A stretch of DNA of 64,000 nt from assembly GCA_947465765.1 (NCBI GenBank), contig CANIAP010000005.1, positions 11,860 to 75,859 on the forward strand, written 5' to 3'. This document shows positions 47,349-57,472 of the stretch, piece after piece (position 1 is the stretch's first letter; each line of letters starts with the position of its first letter). The notes beneath the pieces were generated by a model. It did not search any database and had not been told where the DNA came from. It saw nothing but the letters and a program-made list of their open reading frames with translations. Source of the stretch: a bacterium. GTDB taxonomy: Bacteria; Margulisbacteria; Marinamargulisbacteria; SXXA01. The position numbers and the translations under genes are program-made.

Positions 47349-48913
47349 AGTCGGGGATTGAGTAGAGGAACCGACATCCCAATTTTGAGGGTATAATGGC
47401 CCACTTCTAACGGATCTTTTTCTGGAAAATCTTGACGACAATGGGCCCCGCGACTTCCAGTTCTCTTCAGTGCGAACTGGGTAATTAACAGGGATATAGT
47501 AATCAAATTTTGGAGTTCGAGTAACTCTTCATCATAGGTGGGGGTGTCGAGAATCCACCGAACCTTTTGGAAATAGGCGAGGGCTTTTTCCATTTGGATT
47601 TGAGTTCGAACAATTCCGACGTTGGTCCACATCATGTTGCGAATGCGAGATCGGATCACCCGTGCTTTGACGCGAGTCAGGACGGCTGTGGGTGCGTCTA
47701 AAATGGGCGGGGAGGCCAGTGGATGTGGCAAAGGGGGGAGTTTGGCTGCCGATTTTCCGGCCCGATAGCCAAAGACCAGTCCATCCAATAGGGAATTTGA
47801 GGCCAGCCGATTGGCGCCATGAATTCCGAGGGAAGCGACCTCACCGGCCGCATAGAGCCGAGGAATTGCGGTACGCCCTTCGATATCGGTACTGATCCCT
47901 CCCATAAAATAGTGAGCGGCGGGGGCGACGGGAACAAAATCCCGACGAATATCGATGCCCGACGCTTGGCATCGTTTAAAAATAGTGGGGAATCGCATTT
48001 TGAGGTCGAGTGGCACTTCGCTCAGGTCCAAATAGACGTGATTGGACCGCGTCTTGTGCATTTCTTCGAATACCGCCCGAGCCACGGCATCTCGCGGTGC
48101 CAATTCGGCCATCGGGTGGTAGCTGGGCATGAACCGATCCCCGTCTTTATTGCGTAAAATTCCGCCTTCGCCGCGAACCGCTTCGGAGATAAGAAATAAT
48201 GAAATTGGTTTTTTGTCCCCGGTATAAAGAGTGGTGGGATGAAATTGCGTAAATTCCATATCTTGGACGGTGGCGCCAGCTCGAAATGCCAATGCGATGC
48301 CATCTCCTGTTGCGACCGGTGGATTGGTGTTATACGCGTAGACCTGGCCACATCCACCGCTGGCTAACATCACCGCGTTGGCCAGAATCGATTTGGGTAC
48401 CCCGTCTTTGACGGTGACGCATCCGATACATTCGCCGTTTGAAATAATAAGGGATGCCACGGTTGTGTTCTGCAGAAATGACACATTGGGATGGCGTCGG
48501 ACGGTGTTGCCTAAAGTCTTTTCGATTTCGCGACCGGTGGCATCCCCAGCATGCAAAATACGGCGTCGATTGTGGGCGGCTTCGCGAGTAAAGGAATAGT
48601 CGTCCCCACTTTTGTCAAAATGAGCCCCCATGTCGACTAATTCTTGAACTCTAGCAGGGCCTTCTTCGACGAGAATTTTTACCGCCTCGATGTTACATAA
48701 CCCGTCACCTGCGGCGAGGGTATCGTTGAGATGAAATGTGGGGGTATCATCACGGTGAAGTGCGACGGCGATCCCGCCCTGGGCCCACTGGGTCGAGCCT
48801 TCGTGAATATTGCCTTTTGTAATCACCAGCGTTTTGCCAAACGGAGCCACCGCGTGGGCAGCAGATAGCCCGGCGATTCCACTTCCGATAACGATATAAT
48901 CTGTCTGAATCAT
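47345..48913 (-). CDS. nadB: L-aspartate oxidase
   Basis: FAD fold VIGSGIAGLSAAH plus succinate-dehydrogenase/fumarate-reductase flavoprotein-family motifs (QGGIA, HYFMGGI, GANRLASNSLLDG). Confidence 0.92.
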   Translation of the reverse strand: MIQTDYIVIGSGIAGLSAAHAVAPFGKTLVITKGNIHEGSTQWAQGGIAVALHRDDTPTFHLNDTLAAGDGLCNIEAVKILVEEGPARVQELVDMGAHFDKSGDDYSFTREAAHNRRRILHAGDATGREIEKTLGNTVRRHPNVSFLQNTTVASLIISNGECIGCVTVKDGVPKSILANAVMLASGGCGQVYAYNTNPPVATGDGIALAFRAGATVQDMEFTQFHPTTLYTGDKKPISLFLISEAVRGEGGILRNKDGDRFMPSYHPMAELAPRDAVARAVFEEMHKTRSNHVYLDLSEVPLDLKMRFPTIFKRCQASGIDIRRDFVPVAPAAHYFMGGISTDIEGRTAIPRLYAAGEVASLGIHGANRLASNSLLDGLVFGYRAGKSAAKLPPLPHPLASPPILDAPTAVLTRVKARVIRSRIRNMMWTNVGIVRTQIQMEKALAYFQKVRWILDTPTYDEELLELQNLITISLLITQFALKRTGSRGAHCRQDFPEKDPLEVGHYTLKIGMSVPLLNPRL

Positions 48914-48949
48914 GGTGATTTTGAAGTGGCGGCAGTGTACACTAAATCG

Positions 48950-50959
48950 ATGTTCAAACTACAGAGCGACTATCTGCCGGCGGGGGATCAGCCCGATGCG
49001 ATTCGGGTCCTTACCGAGGGCCTTAAGGCCGGTAAAAAAAATCAAATTTTGCTAGGTGTTACGGGATCTGGAAAAACCTTTACGATGGCGAATGTCATTG
49101 CACAACTGAATCGACCGGCCTTGGTTATGGCGCACAACAAGACATTAGCGGCGCAATTATGTTCTGAGTTTCGGGATTTTTTTCCCGACAATGCGGTGGA
49201 ATATTTTGTGTCGTATTACGACTATTATCAACCGGAAGCCTACATTGCGTCTCGCGATGTTTACATTGAAAAAGAGGCCCAAATCAACCAAGAAATTGAG
49301 CGGCTTCGTCACAGTGCCACTCGATCTTTATTGTCTCGGCGAGATGTCATAATTGTGGCCTCTGTGTCATGTATTTATGGCCTTGGTCTTCCCGAAGATT
49401 ATATTCGGGGGGTGATTTCACTTCATCTGGGGGATGTAGTGGTGAGGCGTCAGCTATTTTTGTCTCTGGATAAAGCCCAATACGAACGTAACGAGATCGA
49501 ACTTAAACCAGGTCGATATCGGGCGAAGGGAGACTGCATCGATATCTATCCCTCATGGGCGGAATATTGGCTCCGTCTCGAATTTTTTGGGGACGAATTG
49601 GATCGGATTTCGTTAATCGATCCGATCAATGGCAATACATTAGAGGCGCGTGACGAAATTGATATTTATCCAGCTACTCACTACGTCGTGAATGATCAGA
49701 TTCATGGCGCAATGGCGGTAATCAAAGATGAAATGGTTAACCGGGTGGCTGAACTCCAAGCGCATGGTAAAGAGTTGGAAGCCCGGCGATTGGAACAACG
49801 AACACTGTATGATCTCGATATGATGGCCGAGGTGGGCTACTGCAAGGGAATCGAAAATTATTCTCGGCAGTTGTCCCATCGGGAGGCGGGGACGCCTCCG
49901 GGAGTGCTTTTGGACTTTTTCCCCAAAGATTTTATTACCATTATTGATGAGTCTCATGTATCCGTTCCCCAGGTTCGGGGGATGTACGCAGGGGATCAAA
50001 GTCGGAAGCAGTCACTGATTGACTACGGATTTCGATTGCCGTCTGCATTGGATAACCGACCGCTGAAATTTAGCGAATTTGATGAAAAAATAGGGCAAAC
50101 GGTATACGTTTCGGCGACTCCGGGACCGTATGAATTGCAAGTGTCGCGCAAATCGATGGATTTGGACGTATTGGTGCCGGTGGATTGGACTCAATTTGAA
50201 GTCGCGCAGCAGATTATTCGACCCACGGGGTTGGTGGATCCAGTGGTAACTGTCCGGCCGACGTTGTACCAAATTGATAATTTGTTGATCGAAATTCACC
50301 ATGCGATTGATCGTGGCGAACGGACATTGGTGACCACGTTAACCAAGGCAATGTCGGAAGAGTTGAGCGATTATTTGCACGGTAAAGGCGTCAAAGTGTG
50401 TTATCTGCATTCTGAAATTCATTCATTGGATCGTATTGATATTCTTCATGATCTGAGGTCTGGAAAATATGACGTGTTGGTGGGGGTCAACCTTCTTCGG
50501 GAGGGACTGGACCTTCCTGAAGTATCCTTGGTTGCGATTATGGATGCGGACAAAGAAGGCTTCTTACGCAACGAACGGGCGTTGATTCAAACCATGGGGC
50601 GGGCGGCCAGAAATATCAACGGCACCGTGATTTTATACGCCGATAAAATGACGGATTCCATGAAAAATGCCATTTACGAAACCAGTCGTCGTCGACAAAT
50701 CCAATTGGCCCATAACCAAAAATATGGAATTATTCCTCAATCCATATCGAAGAAAATATCTGATATTCGAGATGAAGATCGACGGATGATCGCGGAGGTT
50801 GAAAAACGAAAGTTATCGGTTCGTGCGGATGAATTGCCGGGGTTAATCGCCCAGCTTCAGAAAGAAATGAAGAATGCCGCAAAAAATTTGGAATTTGAAT
50901 TGGCGGCGGTTTTGCGAGATCAGATCGAGTCGTTGAAGGGCGCGGATCTCGTGGTATAA
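48950..50959 (+). CDS. uvrB: Excinuclease ABC subunit B
   Basis: PAGDQP, Walker A GVTGSGKTFTMA, DESH, and C-terminal UVR domain (EFELAAVLRDQIESL). I prefer the ATG at 48950 (MFKLQSDY) to the GTG at 48926. Confidence 0.95.
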   Translation: MFKLQSDYLPAGDQPDAIRVLTEGLKAGKKNQILLGVTGSGKTFTMANVIAQLNRPALVMAHNKTLAAQLCSEFRDFFPDNAVEYFVSYYDYYQPEAYIASRDVYIEKEAQINQEIERLRHSATRSLLSRRDVIIVASVSCIYGLGLPEDYIRGVISLHLGDVVVRRQLFLSLDKAQYERNEIELKPGRYRAKGDCIDIYPSWAEYWLRLEFFGDELDRISLIDPINGNTLEARDEIDIYPATHYVVNDQIHGAMAVIKDEMVNRVAELQAHGKELEARRLEQRTLYDLDMMAEVGYCKGIENYSRQLSHREAGTPPGVLLDFFPKDFITIIDESHVSVPQVRGMYAGDQSRKQSLIDYGFRLPSALDNRPLKFSEFDEKIGQTVYVSATPGPYELQVSRKSMDLDVLVPVDWTQFEVAQQIIRPTGLVDPVVTVRPTLYQIDNLLIEIHHAIDRGERTLVTTLTKAMSEELSDYLHGKGVKVCYLHSEIHSLDRIDILHDLRSGKYDVLVGVNLLREGLDLPEVSLVAIMDADKEGFLRNERALIQTMGRAARNINGTVILYADKMTDSMKNAIYETSRRRQIQLAHNQKYGIIPQSISKKISDIRDEDRRMIAEVEKRKLSVRADELPGLIAQLQKEMKNAAKNLEFELAAVLRDQIESLKGADLVV

Positions 50960-50991
50960 ATACACCACTAACTTATTGAAATTGAGGCATT

Positions 50992-51489
50992 ATGAAAAGT
51001 GTAAAAGAGTGGATTTTTGCAGTTGTTGTGATTGGGGTCATGGCGGGCGGTATCGGGGCCTATTGGTCGGCTCGGCAGCTTGATAAAGTTGACAAAAAAT
51101 CCTCGGATTCCCAGACATTAAATCTGATTGAGAAGCGAAAAACAGGGGCGACATTGACCTTGTTAACGATTGACGAAGCCCGGGCCTTGCAAAAGTCGGG
51201 CAAGGCGGTATTTTTGGATGCCCGGCCCGATCGAGAATATCAATACGCCCATATTCCAAACGCGATAATGGCCTATTATATGGAGGCCAAAAGTAATCCT
51301 CAGGTGTTGACATTGGATCGCAACCAAACCGTTGTGGCGTACTGCAACAGTCCAAAATGTCCGATGGCCGAAGTCCTTGCGACCAAACTGAATGAAATCG
51401 GATTTACCCGTATCTACGTATTTCCCGGCGGTATGAAAGAGTGGATTGGTGCAAAAATGCCGATCCAAGCATCTGAGGTGCTTCAGTGA
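50992..51489 (+). CDS. Membrane-anchored rhodanese-domain protein
   Basis: N-terminal TM helix, then a rhodanese fold (FLDARPDREYQYAHIPNAI ... VVAYCNSPKCPMA). Confidence 0.75.
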   Translation: MKSVKEWIFAVVVIGVMAGGIGAYWSARQLDKVDKKSSDSQTLNLIEKRKTGATLTLLTIDEARALQKSGKAVFLDARPDREYQYAHIPNAIMAYYMEAKSNPQVLTLDRNQTVVAYCNSPKCPMAEVLATKLNEIGFTRIYVFPGGMKEWIGAKMPIQASEVLQ

Positions 51490-51959
51490 TTCAGTGGGTA
51501 TCCGACCATAAGCTGCGATGGATGTGGTTGGCATTTCAGCTGCTTTTGGGTGTAATTTTTTGTTACGCTGGGGTATCTAAGTTATTGGATACATTACGGT
51601 TTACCTCGAGTTTACTGGGGTATCAAATTATTCCGTTAGGTTTGATTCACCCATTGGTAGTTACGCTACCCTGGATTGAAATTGGTTTAGGTGGGCTGTT
51701 GATATTTGGGCAATATCCTCGGTTTACCTCTGGATCCATCGCGGTGCTGTTGCTGCTGTTTACCGTGATGGTCACGTATGCGGTGTCGCAGGGGTGGCTC
51801 ATCGATTGCGGATGTTTTGGAAGTCCCCGTCCGGCGGATGGCCAAAAAATTTTTGAAAACGGTGTCATGTTCTTAGTGGCATTACGATTTTGTATGAAAC
51901 CGGGCCTTGTACGACCGTTTTCGGAATGGAAGCAAATGCTAGTGGAATGGAAATGGTGA
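51486..51959 (+). CDS. MauE/DoxX-family membrane protein
   Basis: Four hydrophobic helices and the family-typical DCGCFG motif. The GTG start overlaps the rhodanese stop as GTGA. Confidence 0.7.
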   Translation: MIQWVSDHKLRWMWLAFQLLLGVIFCYAGVSKLLDTLRFTSSLLGYQIIPLGLIHPLVVTLPWIEIGLGGLLIFGQYPRFTSGSIAVLLLLFTVMVTYAVSQGWLIDCGCFGSPRPADGQKIFENGVMFLVALRFCMKPGLVRPFSEWKQMLVEWKW

Positions 51960-51963
51960 TAGT

Positions 51964-52812
51964 GTGAGTGTGTCAGGTGAAACAAAAGTCTGTGGGATTA
52001 TCGGGTATCCCGTATCTCATTCCGCATCCCCACGGATGCATGCGGCGGCCTATCGATCGTTGGGCCTCAATTGGGTTTATGTCCCTTTTCCGGTCAAACC
52101 CCATGAACTGGAGTCGTCGATTCGAGGCATTGCGAGCCTTGGAATTATGGGGGTCAATGTAACGATTCCTTATAAAGAATCGGTTATTCCATACCTACAC
52201 GAATTGAGTCCCGAAGCCGAGCGGATGGGGAGCGTGAATACCATTGTTAATCGGAATGGTCGGCTCATTGGGTATTCCACAGATGGGCAAGGGTTGATTC
52301 TGTCGTTTGAGCGAGAGGCTCACTTAACCCCTCAAGGGCAATCGGTGTTTTTGATTGGTGCCGGTGGTGCGGCGCGGTCGATTGCATTTGCGCTCGCAGG
52401 CGCTGGGGTCGCGGAGTTGTGGATTTCAAATCGAACCCGGTTTCGCGCAGACGTCCTCAAACACGATATCGAAGCGGCCTATCCGGCGGTCAAAGTGGTG
52501 GCCGTGGATGATCGCACTGTTCAGATGGTGCATGCGTTGGCGAGATGCCGAATCGTCATCAATACGACACCGTTGGGAATGGCGCCGAATGAAGATGCCA
52601 AGCCCATCGAGACCACCGAGTGGGTGACGTCAGACCATTGGGTGTGTGACATCATTTACAAACCATTTCCAACACGATGGCTCACTGAGATTCAGGCTAA
52701 AGGGGCCCGTATTTTCGGCGGGGCAGGGATGCTGGCAGGGCAAGGGATACTGGCGTTTCATTTGTTTACAGGATTAGAAGTCGCGTACGACGTCATGCGT
52801 AGAGAGGTTTGA
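51964..52812 (+). CDS. aroE: Shikimate dehydrogenase
   Basis: GIIGYPVSHSASPRMH, NVTIPYK, GAGGAARSIAFAL. Confidence 0.9.
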   Translation: MSVSGETKVCGIIGYPVSHSASPRMHAAAYRSLGLNWVYVPFPVKPHELESSIRGIASLGIMGVNVTIPYKESVIPYLHELSPEAERMGSVNTIVNRNGRLIGYSTDGQGLILSFEREAHLTPQGQSVFLIGAGGAARSIAFALAGAGVAELWISNRTRFRADVLKHDIEAAYPAVKVVAVDDRTVQMVHALARCRIVINTTPLGMAPNEDAKPIETTEWVTSDHWVCDIIYKPFPTRWLTEIQAKGARIFGGAGMLAGQGILAFHLFTGLEVAYDVMRREV

Positions 52813-52813
52813 A

Positions 52814-53377
52814 ATGTTAACTCGAATTAGTAAGTTTCAACGGGTCGGGGTGTTTGTGGATGTCCAAAATATGTTTTATTCCGCGAAATATTTGTGGGGA
52901 GCAAAACTTAACTTTGGAAAATTGATGGAAAGGGCGGTTCGCGGTCGGCAATTGATTCGGGCTATTTGTTATGTCATCGAAAATCCAGAAATTGATCAAG
53001 CGGCGTTTCTCGAAATGTTGAAGGCTAACGGGTACGAAGTAAAATCGAAACCATTGAGAATTCGGTCGGATGGCTCCGCTAAAGGGGATTGGGATATGGG
53101 ATTGGCCATTGATGCGATTACTATCGCTGACAAGATTGACGTCGCGGTTTTGGTATCCGGGGATGGTGACTTTGCAGACTTGGTTTATCATCTTCGAAGC
53201 CGGGGGGTTTTGGTTGAGGTGATTTCATTTTTGGGTAGTACCAACGAAGATTTGATTAACGCGGTTGATTTTTATTTCCCCATCGAAAATGACATGTTGT
53301 TGCCGTTAAGGCCGGGTGGGACGCTTCGTCCAAGGGGATTTCATTCAGATGCGGTTGATTCCCCTCCCGCAATCTAA
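52814..53377 (+). CDS. NYN-domain (LabA-like) protein
   Basis: VGVFVDVQNMFY ... VLVSGDGDFADLV is the acidic-residue pattern of the LabA/NYN nuclease fold. Confidence 0.8.
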   Translation: MLTRISKFQRVGVFVDVQNMFYSAKYLWGAKLNFGKLMERAVRGRQLIRAICYVIENPEIDQAAFLEMLKANGYEVKSKPLRIRSDGSAKGDWDMGLAIDAITIADKIDVAVLVSGDGDFADLVYHLRSRGVLVEVISFLGSTNEDLINAVDFYFPIENDMLLPLRPGGTLRPRGFHSDAVDSPPAI

Positions 53378-53395
53378 TGGAGTAGGGCTAAGATT

Positions 53396-53425
53396 TTGAC
53401 TTTTGGCGGTCACTACCGATACAAT
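53396..53425 (+). promoter_or_regulatory. Candidate sigma70-type promoter upstream of ppa
   Basis: TTGACT (53396-53401), an 18-nt spacer, then TACAAT (53420-53425). Confidence 0.5.
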
Positions 53426-53481
53426 CGCCGAACTTCTCCCTCCAATTTTTTTCCATATTTTCAATAGAAAGGACAGTTTTC

Positions 53482-54141
53482 ATGGTGCATAACTATTCAC
53501 TTACCCTTGCCCACCCTTGGCATGGGATCACTCCCGGGGAGAATGCCCCGGATATTCTCAATGTATTTGTCGAAATGGTTCCAACGGACACCGTCAAATA
53601 CGAAATTGATAAATATACCGGCCACCTTAAGGTGGACCGACCCCAAAAATTTTCCAATGTATGCCCCAGTTTGTACGGGTTTGTTCCTCAGACCATTTGT
53701 CGTGAGGAAGTAGCCAAGTTCACAATGGAGCGAACGGGAGAAAAAAATATCGAAGGCGATAATGATCCCCTCGATATTTGTGTATTAACCGAACGCCCAA
53801 TCAATCACGGATCTGTAATTGTAACGGCCATTCCTATTGGTGGGTTTCGCCTCTTTGACGGTGGCGAGGCTGACGATAAAATTATTGCGGTTTTAGAAAA
53901 CGACGCGGCGTACTCAGGCTATACGGATCTGTCGGAGGTGCCTGCGGCGATTGTGGACCGGTTACGCCATTACTTTTTGACGTATAAACAAAGTCCTGAT
54001 TCCACTCATACCCCGATTACAATATCGCATGTGTACGGACGATCTGAAGCGCACGAAGTGATTCGTCGGGCAATGGTCGACTACACTGTATTTGTAGACA
54101 AATTACGGCATATGCAACCCGAACTTAAAGGAGCCTTTTAA
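53482..54141 (+). CDS. ppa: Inorganic pyrophosphatase (family I, long form)
   Basis: Family I signature around YEIDK...G.LKVDR and DNDPLDICVL, then DDKIIAV. Confidence 0.9.
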   Translation: MVHNYSLTLAHPWHGITPGENAPDILNVFVEMVPTDTVKYEIDKYTGHLKVDRPQKFSNVCPSLYGFVPQTICREEVAKFTMERTGEKNIEGDNDPLDICVLTERPINHGSVIVTAIPIGGFRLFDGGEADDKIIAVLENDAAYSGYTDLSEVPAAIVDRLRHYFLTYKQSPDSTHTPITISHVYGRSEAHEVIRRAMVDYTVFVDKLRHMQPELKGAF

Positions 54142-54144
54142 CTG

Positions 54145-55374
54145 ATGAAAGCACCCAAATTAACGACACAGATTTTTTTAGGTATGGCGCTGGGTATCCT
54201 CGTCGGCCATTTTTTTGGCGTGCGCGCTGGAAATCTGACTGTTTTGAGCGATATTTTTCTTCGATTGATCAAGATGATTATTGCCCCGTTGGTGTTTTCG
54301 ACATTGGTCGTCGGAATTGCCAAATTGGGAGATATCCGGTCCTTGGGTCGGATTGGCGTTAAAACGTTTCTTTATTTTCAATGTGCGACTGCGGTAGCGC
54401 TTGTTTCCGGTATTTTATTAGTCAATTTCCTTCACCCAGGCACCCACATGAACATTACGTTACCTAAACAAGGGACGGAAATTGGAATTGATGTGACGAC
54501 CCATGCGTCTGCTAAAGATTTTGTAACCCACGTTATTCCGACAAGTATATTTGACTCCATGGCTCGCAATGAAATTCTTCAGATTGTGATGTTTTCTTTG
54601 TTTTTTGGAGCAGCAATTCCTAACTTAGGAGAAAAAGGAAAGATTCTTTTAAGAGGCTTGGATTCCTTGTCTCATTTGATGTTCTCAATGACTCGGGCGG
54701 TAATGGCCTTCGCGCCGTTTGGGGTGTTTGGGGCTTTGGCGGCAGTAATCGGTGAACATGGCATTGGAATTTTGGCCGGATATTTATACTTGATTGCCTG
54801 CTTCTTTGGGGGCTTGTTAGTGTTTCTGTTTGGTGGTCTTGGGCTCTTGTGTGCAATCCTTCGGATTCCATTTTTTAAGCTATTATCGTATATCCGAGAA
54901 CCGATTTTGTTGGCGTTTAGCACGGCGAGTTCTGAAGTTGCACTTCCGAAGGTCATTGATCGGCTAGAAAAATTTGGCTGTTCAAGTCGGATTACCAGCT
55001 TTGTTATCCCGTTGGGTTATTCGTTTAACTTGGATGGGTCGATTATGTATATGACGTTTGCCACCATGTTTATCGCGCAAGCGTACGGCATTCATTTCAG
55101 CCTCACTCAAGAAATTATTATGATGTTAATGATGATGGTGACCTCAAAAGGGATGGCCGGTGTTCCTCGGGCTTCCTTGATTGTAATTGCCGGTGCATTG
55201 ACAACCTTTCACATTCCTTTGGAAGGGTTGGCTATTATTTTGGGAGTGGATCAAATCCTTGATATGGGACGATCGGCGACCAATGTGGTGGGAAATGCGG
55301 TTGCGACAGCGGTGGTGTCCAAGTGGGAAGGTGAACTTAACGTTAACCCAGAGCCAGCTTCTAACGTTGCATGA
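54145..55374 (+). CDS. Dicarboxylate/amino acid:cation symporter (DAACS family, GltP/DctA-like)
   Basis: 409-aa polytopic protein with DAACS motifs (SSEVALP, FNLDGS, and GVPRASLIVIAG hairpin-like regions). Confidence 0.88.
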   Translation: MKAPKLTTQIFLGMALGILVGHFFGVRAGNLTVLSDIFLRLIKMIIAPLVFSTLVVGIAKLGDIRSLGRIGVKTFLYFQCATAVALVSGILLVNFLHPGTHMNITLPKQGTEIGIDVTTHASAKDFVTHVIPTSIFDSMARNEILQIVMFSLFFGAAIPNLGEKGKILLRGLDSLSHLMFSMTRAVMAFAPFGVFGALAAVIGEHGIGILAGYLYLIACFFGGLLVFLFGGLGLLCAILRIPFFKLLSYIREPILLAFSTASSEVALPKVIDRLEKFGCSSRITSFVIPLGYSFNLDGSIMYMTFATMFIAQAYGIHFSLTQEIIMMLMMMVTSKGMAGVPRASLIVIAGALTTFHIPLEGLAIILGVDQILDMGRSATNVVGNAVATAVVSKWEGELNVNPEPASNVA

Positions 55375-55652
55375 CCCGTCTCCGGTTTATTAATCCATAT
55401 TCGGCGGCCCGGGCGGGGGCTGCTGTTGGATTAGGATTTACGGTGATCATCGAGATTCCGGCAGCTATTTTACGAGTTGCCGGAATTTTTCGGTTAGATC
55501 AAGGCGTGTCCGCGATTGGGCCTGTGATGATGTCGGCCTTGGTTGCGATGGTGGGGGTGCCGCTCTTGATTTTTGTGTCGTTAGTTATCTGTTGTCGATT
55601 GTACAACACATATGCCGATAAATTTGGCGGAATTGAGGTGGATTTGTGGTAG
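55371..55652 (+). CDS. Small hypothetical membrane protein (93 aa)
   Basis: ATGA overlap with the transporter stop, and its own stop overlaps the next gene's GTG start. It has two hydrophobic helices and a C-terminal YN-x5-GGIEVDLW. Confidence 0.5.
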   Translation: MTRLRFINPYSAARAGAAVGLGFTVIIEIPAAILRVAGIFRLDQGVSAIGPVMMSALVAMVGVPLLIFVSLVICCRLYNTYADKFGGIEVDLW

Positions 55653-57427
55653 AAAAATCTGGAAATCTTGTTCAACTTCTCCTTCAAAATTTGAATCGTC
55701 GGCCGATGAAACAAGCCCTTTTTGTTAAACGGCAAGGCTTGTACGCTCCGGTAACTTATCAAGAGTGGTTTGAAAACGTGAAATGGTTTGCGTTAGGGCT
55801 GTCCCAATTGGCGATTGGGGAAAATGACTTTGTTGCATTGATATCCGGGAATCGTCCCGAATGGGTCTATGCGGATATGGGTATTATGTCGATTGGTGCG
55901 GTTAATGTTCCGGTTTATTCAACGCTGACGGCACCGGAGATTGCCTATATCTTAAAAGATGCTGCGGCAAAAATTGTAATTGTCGAAAATCAGGATCATT
56001 TGGATAAAGTGTTGGCGATTGCGTCGACTTGTCCGGCATTGGTCCATATTGTCACGATTGATCGACACCTCAAAAATGCAGATCCAATGTGTATGTCGAT
56101 GGACGATGTCCAAACCCTGGGTAAGCAGTCCACATCAACGGCCTACGATGATTATTTATCCCATTTAGACCGTATTTCGGCGGATCATTTGGCGAGTGTC
56201 GTGTATACCTCCGGGACCACCGGCGAACCCAAGGGCGTGATGCTGACTCATGGGAATTTTCTAGCCGATGTCCGGGATATTTTGTTGGCGTTGCCCGTTC
56301 AGGAATCGGATGTCGCATTGTCGTTTCTTCCGTTGGCCCATGTGTTTGAACGGACCACCGGATACTATTCGGTTATTGCCGCTGGTGGCAGTATTTATTA
56401 TGCCGAATCAATGGATACCATTGCCGCGAATATGCTGGAAGTCCGTCCTACCGTGGTTGTCAGCGTTCCGAGGCTCTATGAAAAAATGCAGATTCGAATC
56501 AAGGATTCGGTGACCGGGTTTAAGAAGCAATTGTTTCTGTGGGCGACTCGGGTGGCCCAGTGGAAAGGGCATGAGAATCGGGGCCGATCGGTGGGGTGGG
56601 GATTGCAGATTCAATATTGGATAGCCGATCGACTCGTATTGCGTAAAGTCAGAGAGAGAACGGGCGGCAGGCTCCGATTTTTTGTGTCAGGGGGTGCGCC
56701 GTTGTCGAAGGATGTCGCTCGATTTTTTGAGAATTTGGGGCTATTAATTATCGAAGGATATGGGCTGACGGAGACGTCGCCAGTGGTTGCCTGTAATCGT
56801 TTGGATCAGTATAAGTTGGGCACGGTGGGGAAGGTTCTTCCGGGTCAGGAGGTTCGTTTGGGGGAAGATGGCGAGCTCCAGGTCAAGGGGCCCATCGTGA
56901 TGCGGGGATATTTGAATCTTCCCGAAAAAACAGCGGAGGTCTTGGATGAGGACGGATGGTTTCACACGGGGGACATCGCTGAAATCGATACCGACGGGTT
57001 TATTAGTATTGTCGACCGAAAGAAGGACTTAATCGTTCTTTCTAATGGTAAAAAAGCAGCGCCTCAAATGGTCGAAATGCGCCTCAAATCCGATCCCATG
57101 ATTGCTCAGGCGATTGTATGCGGAGAAGGACGAAATTATCTTACGGCACTGCTTGTTCCGGATTTTACTCGGATTCGGCGGGTAAAAAAAATGCCGAGTC
57201 ATTTTACGGATGTGGATATTGCCCGTCATCCCAAAATTCTGGGGATGGTTCAAAAAATAGTCGAAAAAAAGATGAGGGGTCTGGCCAGTTTTGAGCAGAT
57301 CAAAAAATTTGAACTGTTGACCCATGAATTTACAATTGAAAGTGGGGAGTTGACGCCCTCCTTGAAACCACGACGCAAGGTGATTAACGCCAATTATAGT
57401 GAGCTGATCAATCAGCTTTACCGATAA
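55646..57427 (+). CDS. Long-chain fatty acid--CoA ligase (AMP-forming)
   Basis: AMP-binding signature YTSGTTGEPKGV, GYGLTE, TGD, and KPRRK near the C-terminus. The GTG start is needed to retain the conserved N-terminus. Confidence 0.88.
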   Translation: MVEKSGNLVQLLLQNLNRRPMKQALFVKRQGLYAPVTYQEWFENVKWFALGLSQLAIGENDFVALISGNRPEWVYADMGIMSIGAVNVPVYSTLTAPEIAYILKDAAAKIVIVENQDHLDKVLAIASTCPALVHIVTIDRHLKNADPMCMSMDDVQTLGKQSTSTAYDDYLSHLDRISADHLASVVYTSGTTGEPKGVMLTHGNFLADVRDILLALPVQESDVALSFLPLAHVFERTTGYYSVIAAGGSIYYAESMDTIAANMLEVRPTVVVSVPRLYEKMQIRIKDSVTGFKKQLFLWATRVAQWKGHENRGRSVGWGLQIQYWIADRLVLRKVRERTGGRLRFFVSGGAPLSKDVARFFENLGLLIIEGYGLTETSPVVACNRLDQYKLGTVGKVLPGQEVRLGEDGELQVKGPIVMRGYLNLPEKTAEVLDEDGWFHTGDIAEIDTDGFISIVDRKKDLIVLSNGKKAAPQMVEMRLKSDPMIAQAIVCGEGRNYLTALLVPDFTRIRRVKKMPSHFTDVDIARHPKILGMVQKIVEKKMRGLASFEQIKKFELLTHEFTIESGELTPSLKPRRKVINANYSELINQLYR

Positions 57428-57472
57428 GCAACCGTGTCAATCGACCCTAACTAAATAAGGAGCTCTCTTACA

